DNA of 48,914 bases from an uncultured Rhodobacteraceae bacterium (GTDB lineage: Bacteria > Pseudomonadota > Alphaproteobacteria > Rhodobacterales > Rhodobacteraceae), in assembly GCA_905181985.1 (NCBI GenBank), contig CAJIZW010000105.1:1-48914 (forward strand), written 5' to 3'. The translations under genes were made by a program, and so were the position numbers. Under the pieces are notes generated by a model. That model did no database searches, was not told the DNA's origin, and saw only the letters and a list, made by a program, of their open reading frames with translations. How positions within the stretch are numbered: the first letter of the stretch is position 1; the number at the start of each line of letters is the position of its first letter. Below are positions 19,231-29,751 of this stretch, in pieces.

Positions 19231-20160
19231 ATGAAAATAGTTTTAAAAGTTGGTGGAGCTCGAGCCGATTGGTGGAAAGACCATATGGCAGGATTACTTC
19301 CCGAATATGAAGTTTTCCTGGCAGAAGAAGTTGTAGATAAAGACGCAATTGATTTTGCTGTTGTTTGGCTGCCAGAACCAGGTTGGTTAAAGTCATTTCC
19401 CAATCTAAGATGTATTTTTTCAATTGGCTCCGGGATTGATCACATATTAAGAGATAAAGAGCTTCCTCAGCATTTACCAATAGTACGTCTAACAGGAACA
19501 GATTTAAGTACAAGAATGCGAGAATATGTTGTTTTACACGTGTTGCGATTACATAGAAGATTGCCAGAAGTAGAAGAATCTCAAAAAACTGAGGAGTGGA
19601 ATCAAATCATTGAGCCACCAGCAAATTATAGGACAGTAGGGGTAATGGGATTAGGAAACCTAGGGGCAGACTGTGCTCAAATCTTGTCAAAAATAGGCTT
19701 TAATGTTCTGGGTTGGGCTAAAAGTAAAAAGGTAATCGATGGGGTTGAGAGTTTTGTTGGAAGTGCAGGCTTTGATACGTTCCTAAGTAAATCAGATATT
19801 GTTGTATGCATGCTACCATTAACTCCAGAGACCACAGACATTATGAATGCCTCTTTTTTTAAAAAAATGAAAAATGGCGCTAGTATTATTAATGTTGCAA
19901 GGGGACCTCACCTAAATGAAAAAGACTTATTAGTAGCAATCAAAAATAAGAAAATTCGTTCAGCCACACTAGACGTTTTTCATAATGAACCCTTGGAAAA
20001 AGGGCACCCCTTCTGGAAGCATCCAGATGTCCTGGTAACACCACATATCGCTAGTCTCATAGATCCAGTTGCAGGTGGGAAAGCTATTGCCGATAACATA
20101 AAGAACTTTGTTTTGGGAAACACTATTGATGAGTTAATTCCACCTGGAAAAAATTACTAA
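19231..20160 (+). CDS. D-2-hydroxyacid dehydrogenase, GhrA-like glyoxylate/hydroxypyruvate reductase
   Basis: Collinear with E. coli GhrA: VGVMGLGNLGADCAQ, NVARGPHL, LDVFHNEPL, TPHIAS. The track start at 19219 is GTG. Confidence 0.8.
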   Translation: MKIVLKVGGARADWWKDHMAGLLPEYEVFLAEEVVDKDAIDFAVVWLPEPGWLKSFPNLRCIFSIGSGIDHILRDKELPQHLPIVRLTGTDLSTRMREYVVLHVLRLHRRLPEVEESQKTEEWNQIIEPPANYRTVGVMGLGNLGADCAQILSKIGFNVLGWAKSKKVIDGVESFVGSAGFDTFLSKSDIVVCMLPLTPETTDIMNASFFKKMKNGASIINVARGPHLNEKDLLVAIKNKKIRSATLDVFHNEPLEKGHPFWKHPDVLVTPHIASLIDPVAGGKAIADNIKNFVLGNTIDELIPPGKNY

Positions 20161-20169
20161 AATTAATTT

Positions 20170-21765
20170 CTAGGCTCGGGGAACACTACTTACTCTTTGA
20201 GATCTCTCGGTAAAGTCGTGTAAACCTTCAGAAACTGCTCCAGACGACGGGCTATTCTTATCACTTATTCCGTAAGTTTTGTTTGTTTTTTTATCTCGGT
20301 AAACGCCACTAGGGCAAGAGTATAGCTTCGGAAATACTAAATTTTGAGCGACATTAATCTTAAAGTGCTTACTAAGTTGGTTTATTGTTTCCTTACCAAG
20401 ATTAGGGTCAACAGTAATAAGATCTGTCTCATTCACATCGATTCTTGGTAAATTGAACGCATCCTCTAAGGATAGTCCATAATCAATCAAAAATGCTGTT
20501 AATTCCATGGTACATGGAACAATATGGTTAGCTCCAGACGCACCCACAGCAAACTTTGCCTCGCCACTTTCGACGCACACTGTAGGACACATGTTCGAAG
20601 AGTTTATTCTTTTTCCACCAGACATTGAGGTAGGGTACCCTGGTCTAGGATCAAAATATGACACCGAATTATTCATTAATACACCTGTTCTGGGCAGTAC
20701 AACTTTTGAACCAAAGCGATTAAGCAACGTATATGTTAAAGAAACCATATTACCATCAGAGTCGACGGCACTCATGTGAGAGGTGCAACCATAATTGATA
20801 GTTCGTCCAAGTTTTTCTTTATGGCTTTTAAAGGCTTTGTTCAACGCTTTAGCGTAAACAATGTAAGTATTAGCTCCAAACGGATCACTATAGTTTAAAT
20901 TTTTTTCTACATACTCGAGGGCTTCATTTAAGCGTTGACCCCCGCTCGTTACGCCTGGAGTATATAGCTCATGTCCACGATGTTTTCCTATTAGCGGCTC
21001 ACTTTCTAATGAAACATAATCGTGTAAGTCCTCTAAACTGATACGGCTACCGCCCTCATTTAAATCAGCAACCAACTCATTTGCAATACTCCCCCTATAA
21101 AATTCATCAGGGCCATTTTCCGCCAGAGATCGTAGAGTCTTTTTTAGGTTCCCAAGGTCTAAAGTCTGCTCAGGTTGAGGTGGAAAACCGGAAGGAAGGT
21201 AAACATCCGAAGAAGCCTTGAACTTTGAAAGCCCTGCTGCTGTTAACGAAATCTGAAGGTTTGTGAACCAGTCAACTGGAAGCCCCTGCTCGGCCAAGTC
21301 TATAGCTGACTTTAAAACATTATCGAATTCAAGCTTCCCATATTTTTGTTGCGCATCAGATAGACCGGCGACAGCACCAGGGACTGTTATGGATCTATAT
21401 CCATCAACATTTTGATTATTAACGACCCCAGGGAACCCCATTATCGATTCAGGTACCTCAGGGTCTAATGGGTAATCGCCAAATGAAATTTTAGACGGTA
21501 AAGTTCCTTGGAAATCAATGGCCGTAGCTCTTTTCTCTTTCGCAAGCCAAATTACCATATAGCCACTACCACCCAGACCACACATCCACGGTTCAACTGC
21601 ATTCAGAGCAAAAGCGCATGAAACAGCCGCATCTATAGCATTGCCACCTCTTGCCAAGGTATCAGCGCCAGCAGCGGAAGCCCTCCAGTTTTGAGAAGCA
21701 ACTACCCCCCCATCCGATTCTACAGAATTTTTTCTTATGTCCCACTGTTCTACATTTCTATTCAT
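20170..21765 (-). CDS. Gamma-glutamyltransferase family protein, no signal peptide
   Basis: 531-aa Ntn-hydrolase layout with the nucleophile region YGCTSHMSAVD. The N-terminus lacks a hydrophobic leader. AAGGAG SD. Confidence 0.8.
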   Translation of the reverse strand: MNRNVEQWDIRKNSVESDGGVVASQNWRASAAGADTLARGGNAIDAAVSCAFALNAVEPWMCGLGGSGYMVIWLAKEKRATAIDFQGTLPSKISFGDYPLDPEVPESIMGFPGVVNNQNVDGYRSITVPGAVAGLSDAQQKYGKLEFDNVLKSAIDLAEQGLPVDWFTNLQISLTAAGLSKFKASSDVYLPSGFPPQPEQTLDLGNLKKTLRSLAENGPDEFYRGSIANELVADLNEGGSRISLEDLHDYVSLESEPLIGKHRGHELYTPGVTSGGQRLNEALEYVEKNLNYSDPFGANTYIVYAKALNKAFKSHKEKLGRTINYGCTSHMSAVDSDGNMVSLTYTLLNRFGSKVVLPRTGVLMNNSVSYFDPRPGYPTSMSGGKRINSSNMCPTVCVESGEAKFAVGASGANHIVPCTMELTAFLIDYGLSLEDAFNLPRIDVNETDLITVDPNLGKETINQLSKHFKINVAQNLVFPKLYSCPSGVYRDKKTNKTYGISDKNSPSSGAVSEGLHDFTERSQRVSSVPRA

Positions 21766-21952
21766 TCTGAAAATCTCCTTTTAAACTCTCACAAAACATT
21801 ATCCATTCTTAGGTAAGAATAAGAAGTGAGATTTATTTCTTTTTATTGTTTTTAAATTATGCAATGAATAAATTAGGTTATTTACGAAAATTTTAGTTTA
21901 TTCGTATAAGTAATACAATTATAATAATTAAGTAATGCAATTAGGAAGCTTT

Positions 21953-22675
21953 ATGAACCACTCAATTCTAGTTAACACTAACAAATTAAACCTGATGAAT
22001 TCTACACCTTCAACATTAGCCATGAAAGTGTATAGCGAAATACATCAAGATATTAGAAGTGGGGCGCTTCCACCCGAACAACATTTAAAAACAGACCTAT
22101 TAAAAGATAAATATCAAACTGGGACCAGCCCATTGCGTGAGGCGTTAGCAAGACTAGCGTCCGAAAGCTTCGTAACAGCAACTGGAAAGTCGGGGTACAA
22201 AGTATCTCCAATCTCTACTTATGATTATGAGCAACTAATTGGTCTTCGCAGGTATCTTGAGATAAAGGCCTTGAGATCCTCAATAACACGAGGTGACATT
22301 GATTGGGAAGCAGGGATATTGGCAGCATATCATAGAATGTCAAAGTTAACAAAATTAGAATCAGAGGGTGAACTCCTTTATAATGAGAAGAAGGAGGAAT
22401 TGCATAGGAACTACCATTTTGCACTACTCGCTTCATGTGAATCTTGGTGGGAACTCAAAATTATAAATAATTTAACAAACCATATTGAGCGGTATCGTAG
22501 AGTATTAGGTATTACACTAAATGCCTCAAGCTCAGAATATCACAAAGTACAAAACGAGCATCATCTCTTAATGACAGCCGTAATTTCTAAAAATTTTAAA
22601 GAGGCCTCATCTATTTTAGACGAGCATAGAAAGAGAACATACAAATTAATAAGAGAGAAATTGGAAACTACATAG
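21953..22675 (+). CDS. GntR family regulator with FCD effector domain
   Basis: HTH region LKDKYQTGTSPLREALARLASESFV and a helical C-domain. ATG at 21953 follows AGGAAG; the track start is 21935. Confidence 0.8.
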   Translation: MNHSILVNTNKLNLMNSTPSTLAMKVYSEIHQDIRSGALPPEQHLKTDLLKDKYQTGTSPLREALARLASESFVTATGKSGYKVSPISTYDYEQLIGLRRYLEIKALRSSITRGDIDWEAGILAAYHRMSKLTKLESEGELLYNEKKEELHRNYHFALLASCESWWELKIINNLTNHIERYRRVLGITLNASSSEYHKVQNEHHLLMTAVISKNFKEASSILDEHRKRTYKLIREKLETT

Positions 22676-22688
22676 AAGGTAAACAAAA

Positions 22689-23357
22689 ATGAGTTATATA
22701 TTAAACGAGATGCCACAACAGGTTAACAAAAAGTTACTTGAAAAGTGTTCCAGAGCCGAAACAGCCACAATAGGTCATATTCGAAATATGGGTTTTGCTG
22801 ATCGCAGAATACAAAATGTCCTAAATAATAACTTAACCATCTCAGGGACTGCAGTAACATTAGCCATACCTGGACAGGATTCAACGTTGCTACATCACGT
22901 CATTCAATTTCTAAGGCCTGGTGATATTTTATGCATAGATAGGTTGGGCGACGATAAGCATGCTTGTTTAGGAGGAGGTGTTGCCGCTGCCATAGTGGCA
23001 TCTGGTTGTGTCGGAGTTATCCTTGATGGCCCATGCACCGACGTACCTGAAATTGAGGAGTACAAGCTCCCTGTTTGGTGCAAAGGAACCTCACCCATCA
23101 CAACCCGCATATATGATAATGGAGGTTCTTTTAATGTACCTATCTCAGTTGGTGGTGCCGTAATAAATCCAGGAGACGTGGTCCTTGCCGATTTCTCTGG
23201 GGTATTAATAATGGGCCCCTCGGATGCTGAGGCGGATGTGGATTGGGCCTTAGCAAAAATGAGTGTCGAGTTTGACGGTCACAAGAAAATGCTAGCGGGT
23301 GCAAAGCTAGGTGATTTATCTGGTGCTTCTCAAAAAGTAGAAAATAAACTTAAATAA
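22689..23357 (+). CDS. RraA family protein (HMG/CHA aldolase / oxaloacetate decarboxylase-like)
   Basis: 222 aa. LGGGVAAAIVASGCVGVILDGPCTD and GDVVLADFSGVLIM are typical of the RraA/MenG-like fold. Confidence 0.7.
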   Translation: MSYILNEMPQQVNKKLLEKCSRAETATIGHIRNMGFADRRIQNVLNNNLTISGTAVTLAIPGQDSTLLHHVIQFLRPGDILCIDRLGDDKHACLGGGVAAAIVASGCVGVILDGPCTDVPEIEEYKLPVWCKGTSPITTRIYDNGGSFNVPISVGGAVINPGDVVLADFSGVLIMGPSDAEADVDWALAKMSVEFDGHKKMLAGAKLGDLSGASQKVENKLK

Positions 23358-24653
23358 CTATCTAATTGGGATATCTGGACCTAAGAGAAGATTTGGGAGC
23401 CACAAGCTAATTTGTGGGACATAAGTAATTAATAGAAGTGTCAACATTAGTGGTACCAAAAACGGAAGGACGGCCATAGTAACCTTTTCAAAAGGAACAT
23501 TTCCGACCTCCACCATAATATAAAGACCAATGCCCATAGGGGGTGTAGCAATACCAATCAATAACCCTAACTGAATGATAATACCGAAGTGAACCCTATC
23601 AATTCCAAAACTGTCTGTTATTGGGAGTAACATCGGAACAAGCATTAGTTTTGCGGGCACTCCTTCTACAACACAACCTACAAGAATGATAAAAACTAAT
23701 AACATAAGAAGAAACACACTCGAGGAATCCGTAACAGAAAAAACCGCTTCCCCAATTTTTTGTGGAACTTGTTCAATCGCTAACAACCAGCCCATAGCAA
23801 TCGAAAATCCGATTATTATCATTATAACCGATGTCATCAACATAGTGTCAGTTAACGCATCCCAAAGTTTTTTAAATGTCAAAGTCTTATAAAACAGTCC
23901 AAGGATCATAGAGTAAATACATGCAAGCACCCCTGCTTCTGTAGCAGTTACAAAACCACCTAGGATAGACCCTAAAATAATTCCTGGCGCTACTAAGGCT
24001 AATATTCCATCAATTCCAGCTTTATGAACCTCAGCGCATGTAGCTTTTTCTTGCGTAGGAAAATCATGTTTTATCGCTAATATACGATTAAAAATCATTA
24101 GTGACCCACCTACTATTAGTCCAGGCATGAGACCCGCTAAAAACATTCTCTCAACAGATTGTTGTGCCAAAAATGCATATATTACTAGGCCAATTGATGG
24201 TGGGATTATGGGTCCCACTACTGCCGAGCATACAGTTAAGGCTGCCGCAAACTCTGGTTTGTAGCCGCGTTCTTTCATCGCCTTAATCTCAATCGCTCCC
24301 AGGCCAGCGCAATCAGCAACCGCGGCTCCAGACACACCCGCAAAAATCATTGATGAGAGAACGTTGACTTGCGCTAATCCTGCCTTGAAATGACCAACTA
24401 AAGCATTTGCAAAATGAAATATTCGATCAGTCATTCCAACCGTGTTCATTAAGTTTCCAGCCATAATAAAAAATGGAACGGCGGCTAATGAAGGCTTATT
24501 AACACCTTCTAATATTTGTTGAGGAATAATATAAAGTGCATCAGAGAAGTCACTTGTCAAAAAAGTCATCAAGACAGCGGCACCAATTGCCATAGAAACT
24601 GGGACATCTAAAAGAATTAAAGCAATAAAACCTATAAAAAGAAGTACAAACAT
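23358..24653 (-). CDS. TRAP transporter large permease (DctM family)
   Basis: 431-aa polytopic protein, immediately downstream of the DctQ- and DctP-like genes. Confidence 0.9.
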   Translation of the reverse strand: MFVLLFIGFIALILLDVPVSMAIGAAVLMTFLTSDFSDALYIIPQQILEGVNKPSLAAVPFFIMAGNLMNTVGMTDRIFHFANALVGHFKAGLAQVNVLSSMIFAGVSGAAVADCAGLGAIEIKAMKERGYKPEFAAALTVCSAVVGPIIPPSIGLVIYAFLAQQSVERMFLAGLMPGLIVGGSLMIFNRILAIKHDFPTQEKATCAEVHKAGIDGILALVAPGIILGSILGGFVTATEAGVLACIYSMILGLFYKTLTFKKLWDALTDTMLMTSVIMIIIGFSIAMGWLLAIEQVPQKIGEAVFSVTDSSSVFLLMLLVFIILVGCVVEGVPAKLMLVPMLLPITDSFGIDRVHFGIIIQLGLLIGIATPPMGIGLYIMVEVGNVPFEKVTMAVLPFLVPLMLTLLLITYVPQISLWLPNLLLGPDIPIR

Positions 24654-24655
24654 CT

Positions 24656-25252
24656 TTAACCCTTATCCTCAAAAGTAGAATTATTTTGGTCTTCAATACC
24701 AACATAAATTTTTAATATTGTTATTACTGAATTTAATAAAATTAAAAAACAAGATACACCAAGCGGTATGGACAATGTATATCTCTCTAATTCACCCCAA
24801 GGAGTAATAACTCCATCTATTACCCCTACCTGACTTGAAAGGATTGTTGGCATCTGTAGCAACATAACTGACATTAAGACTATAATTAATAGAGGCACTC
24901 CAATTTGAGTGATTTTCATCATCGAAGGGCCAATTTTCATGACTAAAAAATTGACAGAAATGTCCTTACCTCTACGGTACACAACATAAAAACCTATAAA
25001 GGACATCCAAACAAAGAATTGCATTGTCCACGGCCAAATCCAATAAGTGGAAATGGTTGAAAAGGCGGCAATGTCAAACCAGCCTAAACTCTTATTAATT
25101 AATCTTAGAATAATTGTAGCAGCCGTACCGACTAACATAAGACCTAAACACACGTTCGCAAATACCAGAAACAGATCTGATATTCTTTTGAGTTGTAAAT
25201 CGGTAGCCTGGACCACCAGTTTTAGTGGACCAGGTTTAATTTCTGAATTCAT
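24656..25252 (-). CDS. TRAP transporter small permease (DctQ family)
   Basis: 198 aa with 4 TM helices, located between the DctP and DctM genes. Confidence 0.75.
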   Translation of the reverse strand: MNSEIKPGPLKLVVQATDLQLKRISDLFLVFANVCLGLMLVGTAATIILRLINKSLGWFDIAAFSTISTYWIWPWTMQFFVWMSFIGFYVVYRRGKDISVNFLVMKIGPSMMKITQIGVPLLIIVLMSVMLLQMPTILSSQVGVIDGVITPWGELERYTLSIPLGVSCFLILLNSVITILKIYVGIEDQNNSTFEDKG

Positions 25253-25276
25253 AAAATCAACTCGCTGACATACCAG

Positions 25277-26269
25277 TTACCTAGTTGCCTCGACAGTCGC
25301 TAAGAACCCTTCAGGAAGTTCGCCAGCAGCATCTTTTTTCTTGTACCAATCCGCCATAATACTAACAAAAGGTGCTCTATCTATATCAACCATAGTGACG
25401 CCCGTAGCTTTCATTCGAACAATCGATTCATCCGCCGCCTTATTCATTACTTCGAAACTGAATGAACCCGTGTCAGTATAGGCCTTGTTAACAGCAGCTT
25501 TTAAATTGTCCGGTAAGCTATCATACGACTCTTTATGCACCATAAACCCAATAGATTGATAGTACTCGTCATGTTTAATAATATGTGGTGCCACTTCATA
25601 AAACCTCATTGATTCCACAAGTGCAATTGGGCTGTTAACCGCGCTTACGATACCTTTTTGTATTGACTGATATACATCTGTCCAAGCAAGTGTTTTTACA
25701 TCTGCCCCAATTGTGGTCCACGTAGCAACCGCATCTTTATTTGGGTGCATTCTTAGTTTCAGACCTTTCATATCTGCAAATTCTTTTACATCTCTGGTTG
25801 TTACCATCACTCGGTATGGACCCCTGAGGATAGCAGTAGGATCACCAAGAAGCATAACTCCTGCTTCTTGTGCAGCTTTATCATACCAACCCTTAACCAT
25901 ATCAGTATTCATAAACCTCACCCAATGATCTCGATCATCAAAAAGGAAAGCTGGACTCGTCCAAGTAATGTCATTCACCCACTTCTTCATATAGGTTGAA
26001 CCTTCAGCATACATATGCACGGTGCCAATCTTTAACTGCTCCATCACAGCATTTGTTTTCCCAAGCTGTTCGTTAGGAAACATTTTGATTTCCATTTCAC
26101 CATTAGAGTATTGATCAACTAGGTCACTAAACTTTTGAAATACTACACCTTCAGGACTATCCGGTGGCATTTTATGAGCCATTCGCCACGACACTTCTGC
26201 GAACGAGCTCGTCAAACTAAATGTTAAGGCTAAACTTAATGTTAAGAAAAATGATAAAATTTTGCGCAT
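25277..26269 (-). CDS. TRAP transporter substrate-binding protein (DctP family)
   Basis: Signal peptide (LSLALTFSLTSSFA) and a 330-aa periplasmic binding fold. GGAGG SD. Confidence 0.85.
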   Translation of the reverse strand: MRKILSFFLTLSLALTFSLTSSFAEVSWRMAHKMPPDSPEGVVFQKFSDLVDQYSNGEMEIKMFPNEQLGKTNAVMEQLKIGTVHMYAEGSTYMKKWVNDITWTSPAFLFDDRDHWVRFMNTDMVKGWYDKAAQEAGVMLLGDPTAILRGPYRVMVTTRDVKEFADMKGLKLRMHPNKDAVATWTTIGADVKTLAWTDVYQSIQKGIVSAVNSPIALVESMRFYEVAPHIIKHDEYYQSIGFMVHKESYDSLPDNLKAAVNKAYTDTGSFSFEVMNKAADESIVRMKATGVTMVDIDRAPFVSIMADWYKKKDAAGELPEGFLATVEATR

Positions 26270-26474
26270 TTTAAACCTCCATATTTTAATGCTTTAGCTA
26301 TAAAAAGTTTACATAAATTTTCGTTTATTTATAAATCTTCTAATAAATAACTAATAATATAAATATATAGATAATATATTTTAATAAATAACAAGGGAAA
26401 ACTCTTAAATAAACATCCATATAATTTAATTTTAATAACTTATGGGTCGTTAAAGGCATTTGTATGGAATTAAT

Positions 26475-27689
26475 TTATGCGGTAGCTTCAGTATTTTCGT
26501 GAACAGAAACTTCCTTAATGGGCAGATGAATAAGTGCTGCAAAAACTGCTAACAGTGCATCAATTAACCAAACAACCGTATAATCTCCTGAAAGATCAAA
26601 GAAATAACCGCCAAGATAAGCCCCTGCAAACGCTCCAATTTGATGAGAAAATAATGCTAATCCAAATAAAGTGGCCATGAATTTTGGCCCAAACATTCTA
26701 CCAACTAAGGCAGCAGTTGGTGGAACAGTAGACAGGTATGTAAAACCTAAAGCAGCCGAAAATGCTATCACTGAAAAGCTATCTTTTGGGCTAAATAAAA
26801 ATAAGACTATAATCACTGCTCTTGCCCCATAGATATACGCTAGGAAGACTTTCATACTGCGCTTGGAAATATACCAACCAGCAAATAAGCTACCTAGTAT
26901 ATTAAAGAAGCCAATTATTGCTAAAGACCAACCTGAAACTGTTGGAGTCAAACCACAAATTGCAATAATTCCCGGCATGTGGGTGATTATAAATGCAACA
27001 TGAAATCCACAGGTGAAAAAACCTACAGTTAGGTAAATATAGCTAGGTGTTTTAAAAGCAATTTTAAGAGTTTCGATTAATGTCAGCGATGATGCAACGG
27101 TTTTTATTGCCTTTTTACCATTAACCTTTTCGGGCAAAGTACGAAGTATCCAACAAAAAGGAAGAATTAAGACCAGTAAAATTGCTAACGCATTTATACT
27201 GGTTTGCCATCCATAACTCACTATTATTAACGCAGCGAGCGGTGCAAAAATAAACTGTCCGACAGAACCCCCTGCATTGATTATCCCAAAAGCATATCCA
27301 GCTTTTTCAGGTGGAAGTAATTTATTAACCGCAGACATCACAACAGGTAAACCAGCTATACCAGCGCCTCCTGCGGACAGAACGCCTATAGATAAAGCGA
27401 GGGTAAGCGGAGTATCTGAAATTGGTATTAAAAATAAACCAAGTGCAGACAGGGTAATGCCGATCAAGAGTGTTTTTCCTGATCCAAACTTATCAGATAT
27501 TGCCCCTCCAACTGGACCTATTGCTCCACTAACTAGCTGACCCAGCGCAAACGCAAAGCTAATTTGTAAATAATTCAACGTGTCCTTAAAACTGATCCCT
27601 TCAATTGACAGGGGAATTGTTTGCCTTCCACCAAAAACTACTGAATTAATCACTGCAGCCGCAAAAATAACATAAAATAAATTTTTCAT
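26475..27689 (-). CDS. MFS transporter
   Basis: 404 aa with about 12 TM helices. Last gene of the kynurenine cluster direction. Confidence 0.8.
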   Translation of the reverse strand: MKNLFYVIFAAAVINSVVFGGRQTIPLSIEGISFKDTLNYLQISFAFALGQLVSGAIGPVGGAISDKFGSGKTLLIGITLSALGLFLIPISDTPLTLALSIGVLSAGGAGIAGLPVVMSAVNKLLPPEKAGYAFGIINAGGSVGQFIFAPLAALIIVSYGWQTSINALAILLVLILPFCWILRTLPEKVNGKKAIKTVASSLTLIETLKIAFKTPSYIYLTVGFFTCGFHVAFIITHMPGIIAICGLTPTVSGWSLAIIGFFNILGSLFAGWYISKRSMKVFLAYIYGARAVIIVLFLFSPKDSFSVIAFSAALGFTYLSTVPPTAALVGRMFGPKFMATLFGLALFSHQIGAFAGAYLGGYFFDLSGDYTVVWLIDALLAVFAALIHLPIKEVSVHENTEATA

Positions 27690-27799
27690 TAATTAATACT
27701 CATTCTAGAAGGCTGATCTGAAATACTTATTATAATCCAAAGGGAATATTGTCTATTTCAAACTAGTTTAAAATAATCTTAAATTGCATCTCATAATTC

Positions 27800-28738
27800 T
27801 TACAAATTTGTTCGTATCGACCATAGTTCAGGAAAAAACCGGTGACCAGTAACCTGTTGCAACCAGCCCACCCCAGCGGAGCCACCAGTTCCAGGTTTAT
27901 ATCCAATTATCTTTTGAACTGTTAGAAAATGTCTCCATCTATAGATAGAAAAATTCTCATCTAGCGATGTTAACTTCTCTCCTAAAGTATAAAGGTCGTT
28001 GTCTAAGGAAGCGCCTTTATAAATACCCAGCCAGGCCAATTCAACAGAATCGTTCGCTTTATAGGGCTCACTCCAGTCTCTATTTAGCATAGCACCATCT
28101 ATTTTTAAGCCCCTTCGATTCAACAAAGCTATAACGTCATCATATAAGCTCTGTGAATGTAAGGCTTTATCAATTTCCGGCCAAACATGGGAAACGTTCT
28201 TATGTGCTGCAGCTAACCTCTTACTTTTATTTCCTAAAACGAATTCGACATGTCTATACATAAATGAAAGTTGTCCTGAGGCCGTTCCAAGATTGTTGCG
28301 AAACTCACTAAAACCCTCGGTAGAAATCGTAGATAATACATTCCAAGTATCTGCAAGATACTTGGTGTAAGCTATTGCCCTTTCTAAAATTTGCATCGCA
28401 TTGCCCAAGTTATCTTCACGGATCTGCATTTGAGCATTTTTAAGTTCAAAGTGAAGACCACGAAAAATCATCTCCTTAATCTGTCCCATTACAATAAAAC
28501 ACATCTCATCATAACCTTCACTTCGCGGATGTTGCAGTGAAAGTAATATGTCAATACTTTGATAGTCTATATAGGGATTGGTTTTACCCTCGAAATCTAC
28601 AAGAGGTTTTCCACTAGTTTTTGCAACAACTGACTCCCGACTTTGATCAGAACCCATCTCCATAGGTCGTGGTTCTATCGATGTATCGACGCCAACGGGG
28701 TCAACTACATGGGTAACATATGGTGTATATTTTGGCAC
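27800..28738 (-). CDS. kynA: Tryptophan 2,3-dioxygenase
   Basis: FSEFRNNLGTASGQLSFMYRHVEF and YRWRHFLTVQKIIGYKPGTGGSAGVGWL (proximal-His region). The GTG start directly abuts the upstream TAA. Confidence 0.85.
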   Translation of the reverse strand: MPKYTPYVTHVVDPVGVDTSIEPRPMEMGSDQSRESVVAKTSGKPLVDFEGKTNPYIDYQSIDILLSLQHPRSEGYDEMCFIVMGQIKEMIFRGLHFELKNAQMQIREDNLGNAMQILERAIAYTKYLADTWNVLSTISTEGFSEFRNNLGTASGQLSFMYRHVEFVLGNKSKRLAAAHKNVSHVWPEIDKALHSQSLYDDVIALLNRRGLKIDGAMLNRDWSEPYKANDSVELAWLGIYKGASLDNDLYTLGEKLTSLDENFSIYRWRHFLTVQKIIGYKPGTGGSAGVGWLQQVTGHRFFPELWSIRTNL

Positions 28739-29623
28739 TTAACTCTTCACTTTCGCTATTAATTTATAAAATTCGTACCCTAGTAATGTATTTCTATTTG
28801 TTAGATCCAATATAACATCAAAATGATTTCGAGACGGCACTTCAAAAGCTTTCACATTAACGCCAAACTCAATCAGTTTTTTAGAAAACACATTACTCTG
28901 CCCTTTGAACTCTGCCGTTTCATTCTCACCCCAAACAATAAGGGTATCAGGAAAATTTCCTAAATCCTTAAGCATTGGACTCATAGAGTTTGCAACAGTT
29001 CTATTCATTTTGATAGCATCATTTATGCTAGTCTGAATTATAGGTTCCAACTCATATATTCCTGAAACCAGAATAGTTGAAGCTATCCTCAAAGAACTAT
29101 CATTTTTAGCCTTCATACCCTCTAGCACACACATAGAAGCAAGATGTGCCCCTGCTGAACTCCCTGCTAAAATGATTTTATTCGGATCAAAGTTATATTT
29201 AGACCCAATACTTTGTAAATATCGCAGAGCCATAACACATTCGTCTACGATTGCTTGAATAGTAACATTAGGGCAAAGCGTGTAATCTACCGCAGCGAAG
29301 GCAATCCCTTCAGATAAAATATCCTTTGCAGCAAAAAGTGACTCTTTCTTAGACAGTTCCTGCCAATAACCACCGTGAATAAAAACTAATAGTGGGAAAG
29401 GTTTATCTTTGGGAGTGTTTTCAGGCAAAATAAGGTCAACCGAGTTTGATTGCATTGGCCCATAAAAGCACTCAATTATACTATTAGAAGAGGCGACATC
29501 ATCACTTCTTTTTATATATTCATGGATAAAAGGAAGATAATTTCCTCCGATTACTGAACTAGGAGAGTACTCTTCTTCTAATTGTGAAGCGTTTAAATTT
29601 CGCCAATTTATCTCTTCAACCAA
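28739..29623 (-). CDS. Alpha/beta-hydrolase arylformamidase (AFMID-type kynurenine formamidase)
   Basis: HGGYWQ oxyanion motif, nucleophile elbow GSSAGAHL, and N-terminal EEEYSPS as in AFMID. TTG start. Lies between kynU and kynA. Confidence 0.65.
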   Translation of the reverse strand: MVEEINWRNLNASQLEEEYSPSSVIGGNYLPFIHEYIKRSDDVASSNSIIECFYGPMQSNSVDLILPENTPKDKPFPLLVFIHGGYWQELSKKESLFAAKDILSEGIAFAAVDYTLCPNVTIQAIVDECVMALRYLQSIGSKYNFDPNKIILAGSSAGAHLASMCVLEGMKAKNDSSLRIASTILVSGIYELEPIIQTSINDAIKMNRTVANSMSPMLKDLGNFPDTLIVWGENETAEFKGQSNVFSKKLIEFGVNVKAFEVPSRNHFDVILDLTNRNTLLGYEFYKLIAKVKS

Positions 29624-29751
29624 ACTATGCTCTTCCCTAAAATTCTTTCTGCTATCGTTAAATTATTTTTAACCCTCTAGTTAGGTATTAAGAAAAAACT
29701 GAGAAAATTCAAAAACATCTATACTTATAAATTTACTATAATTTACGAACT

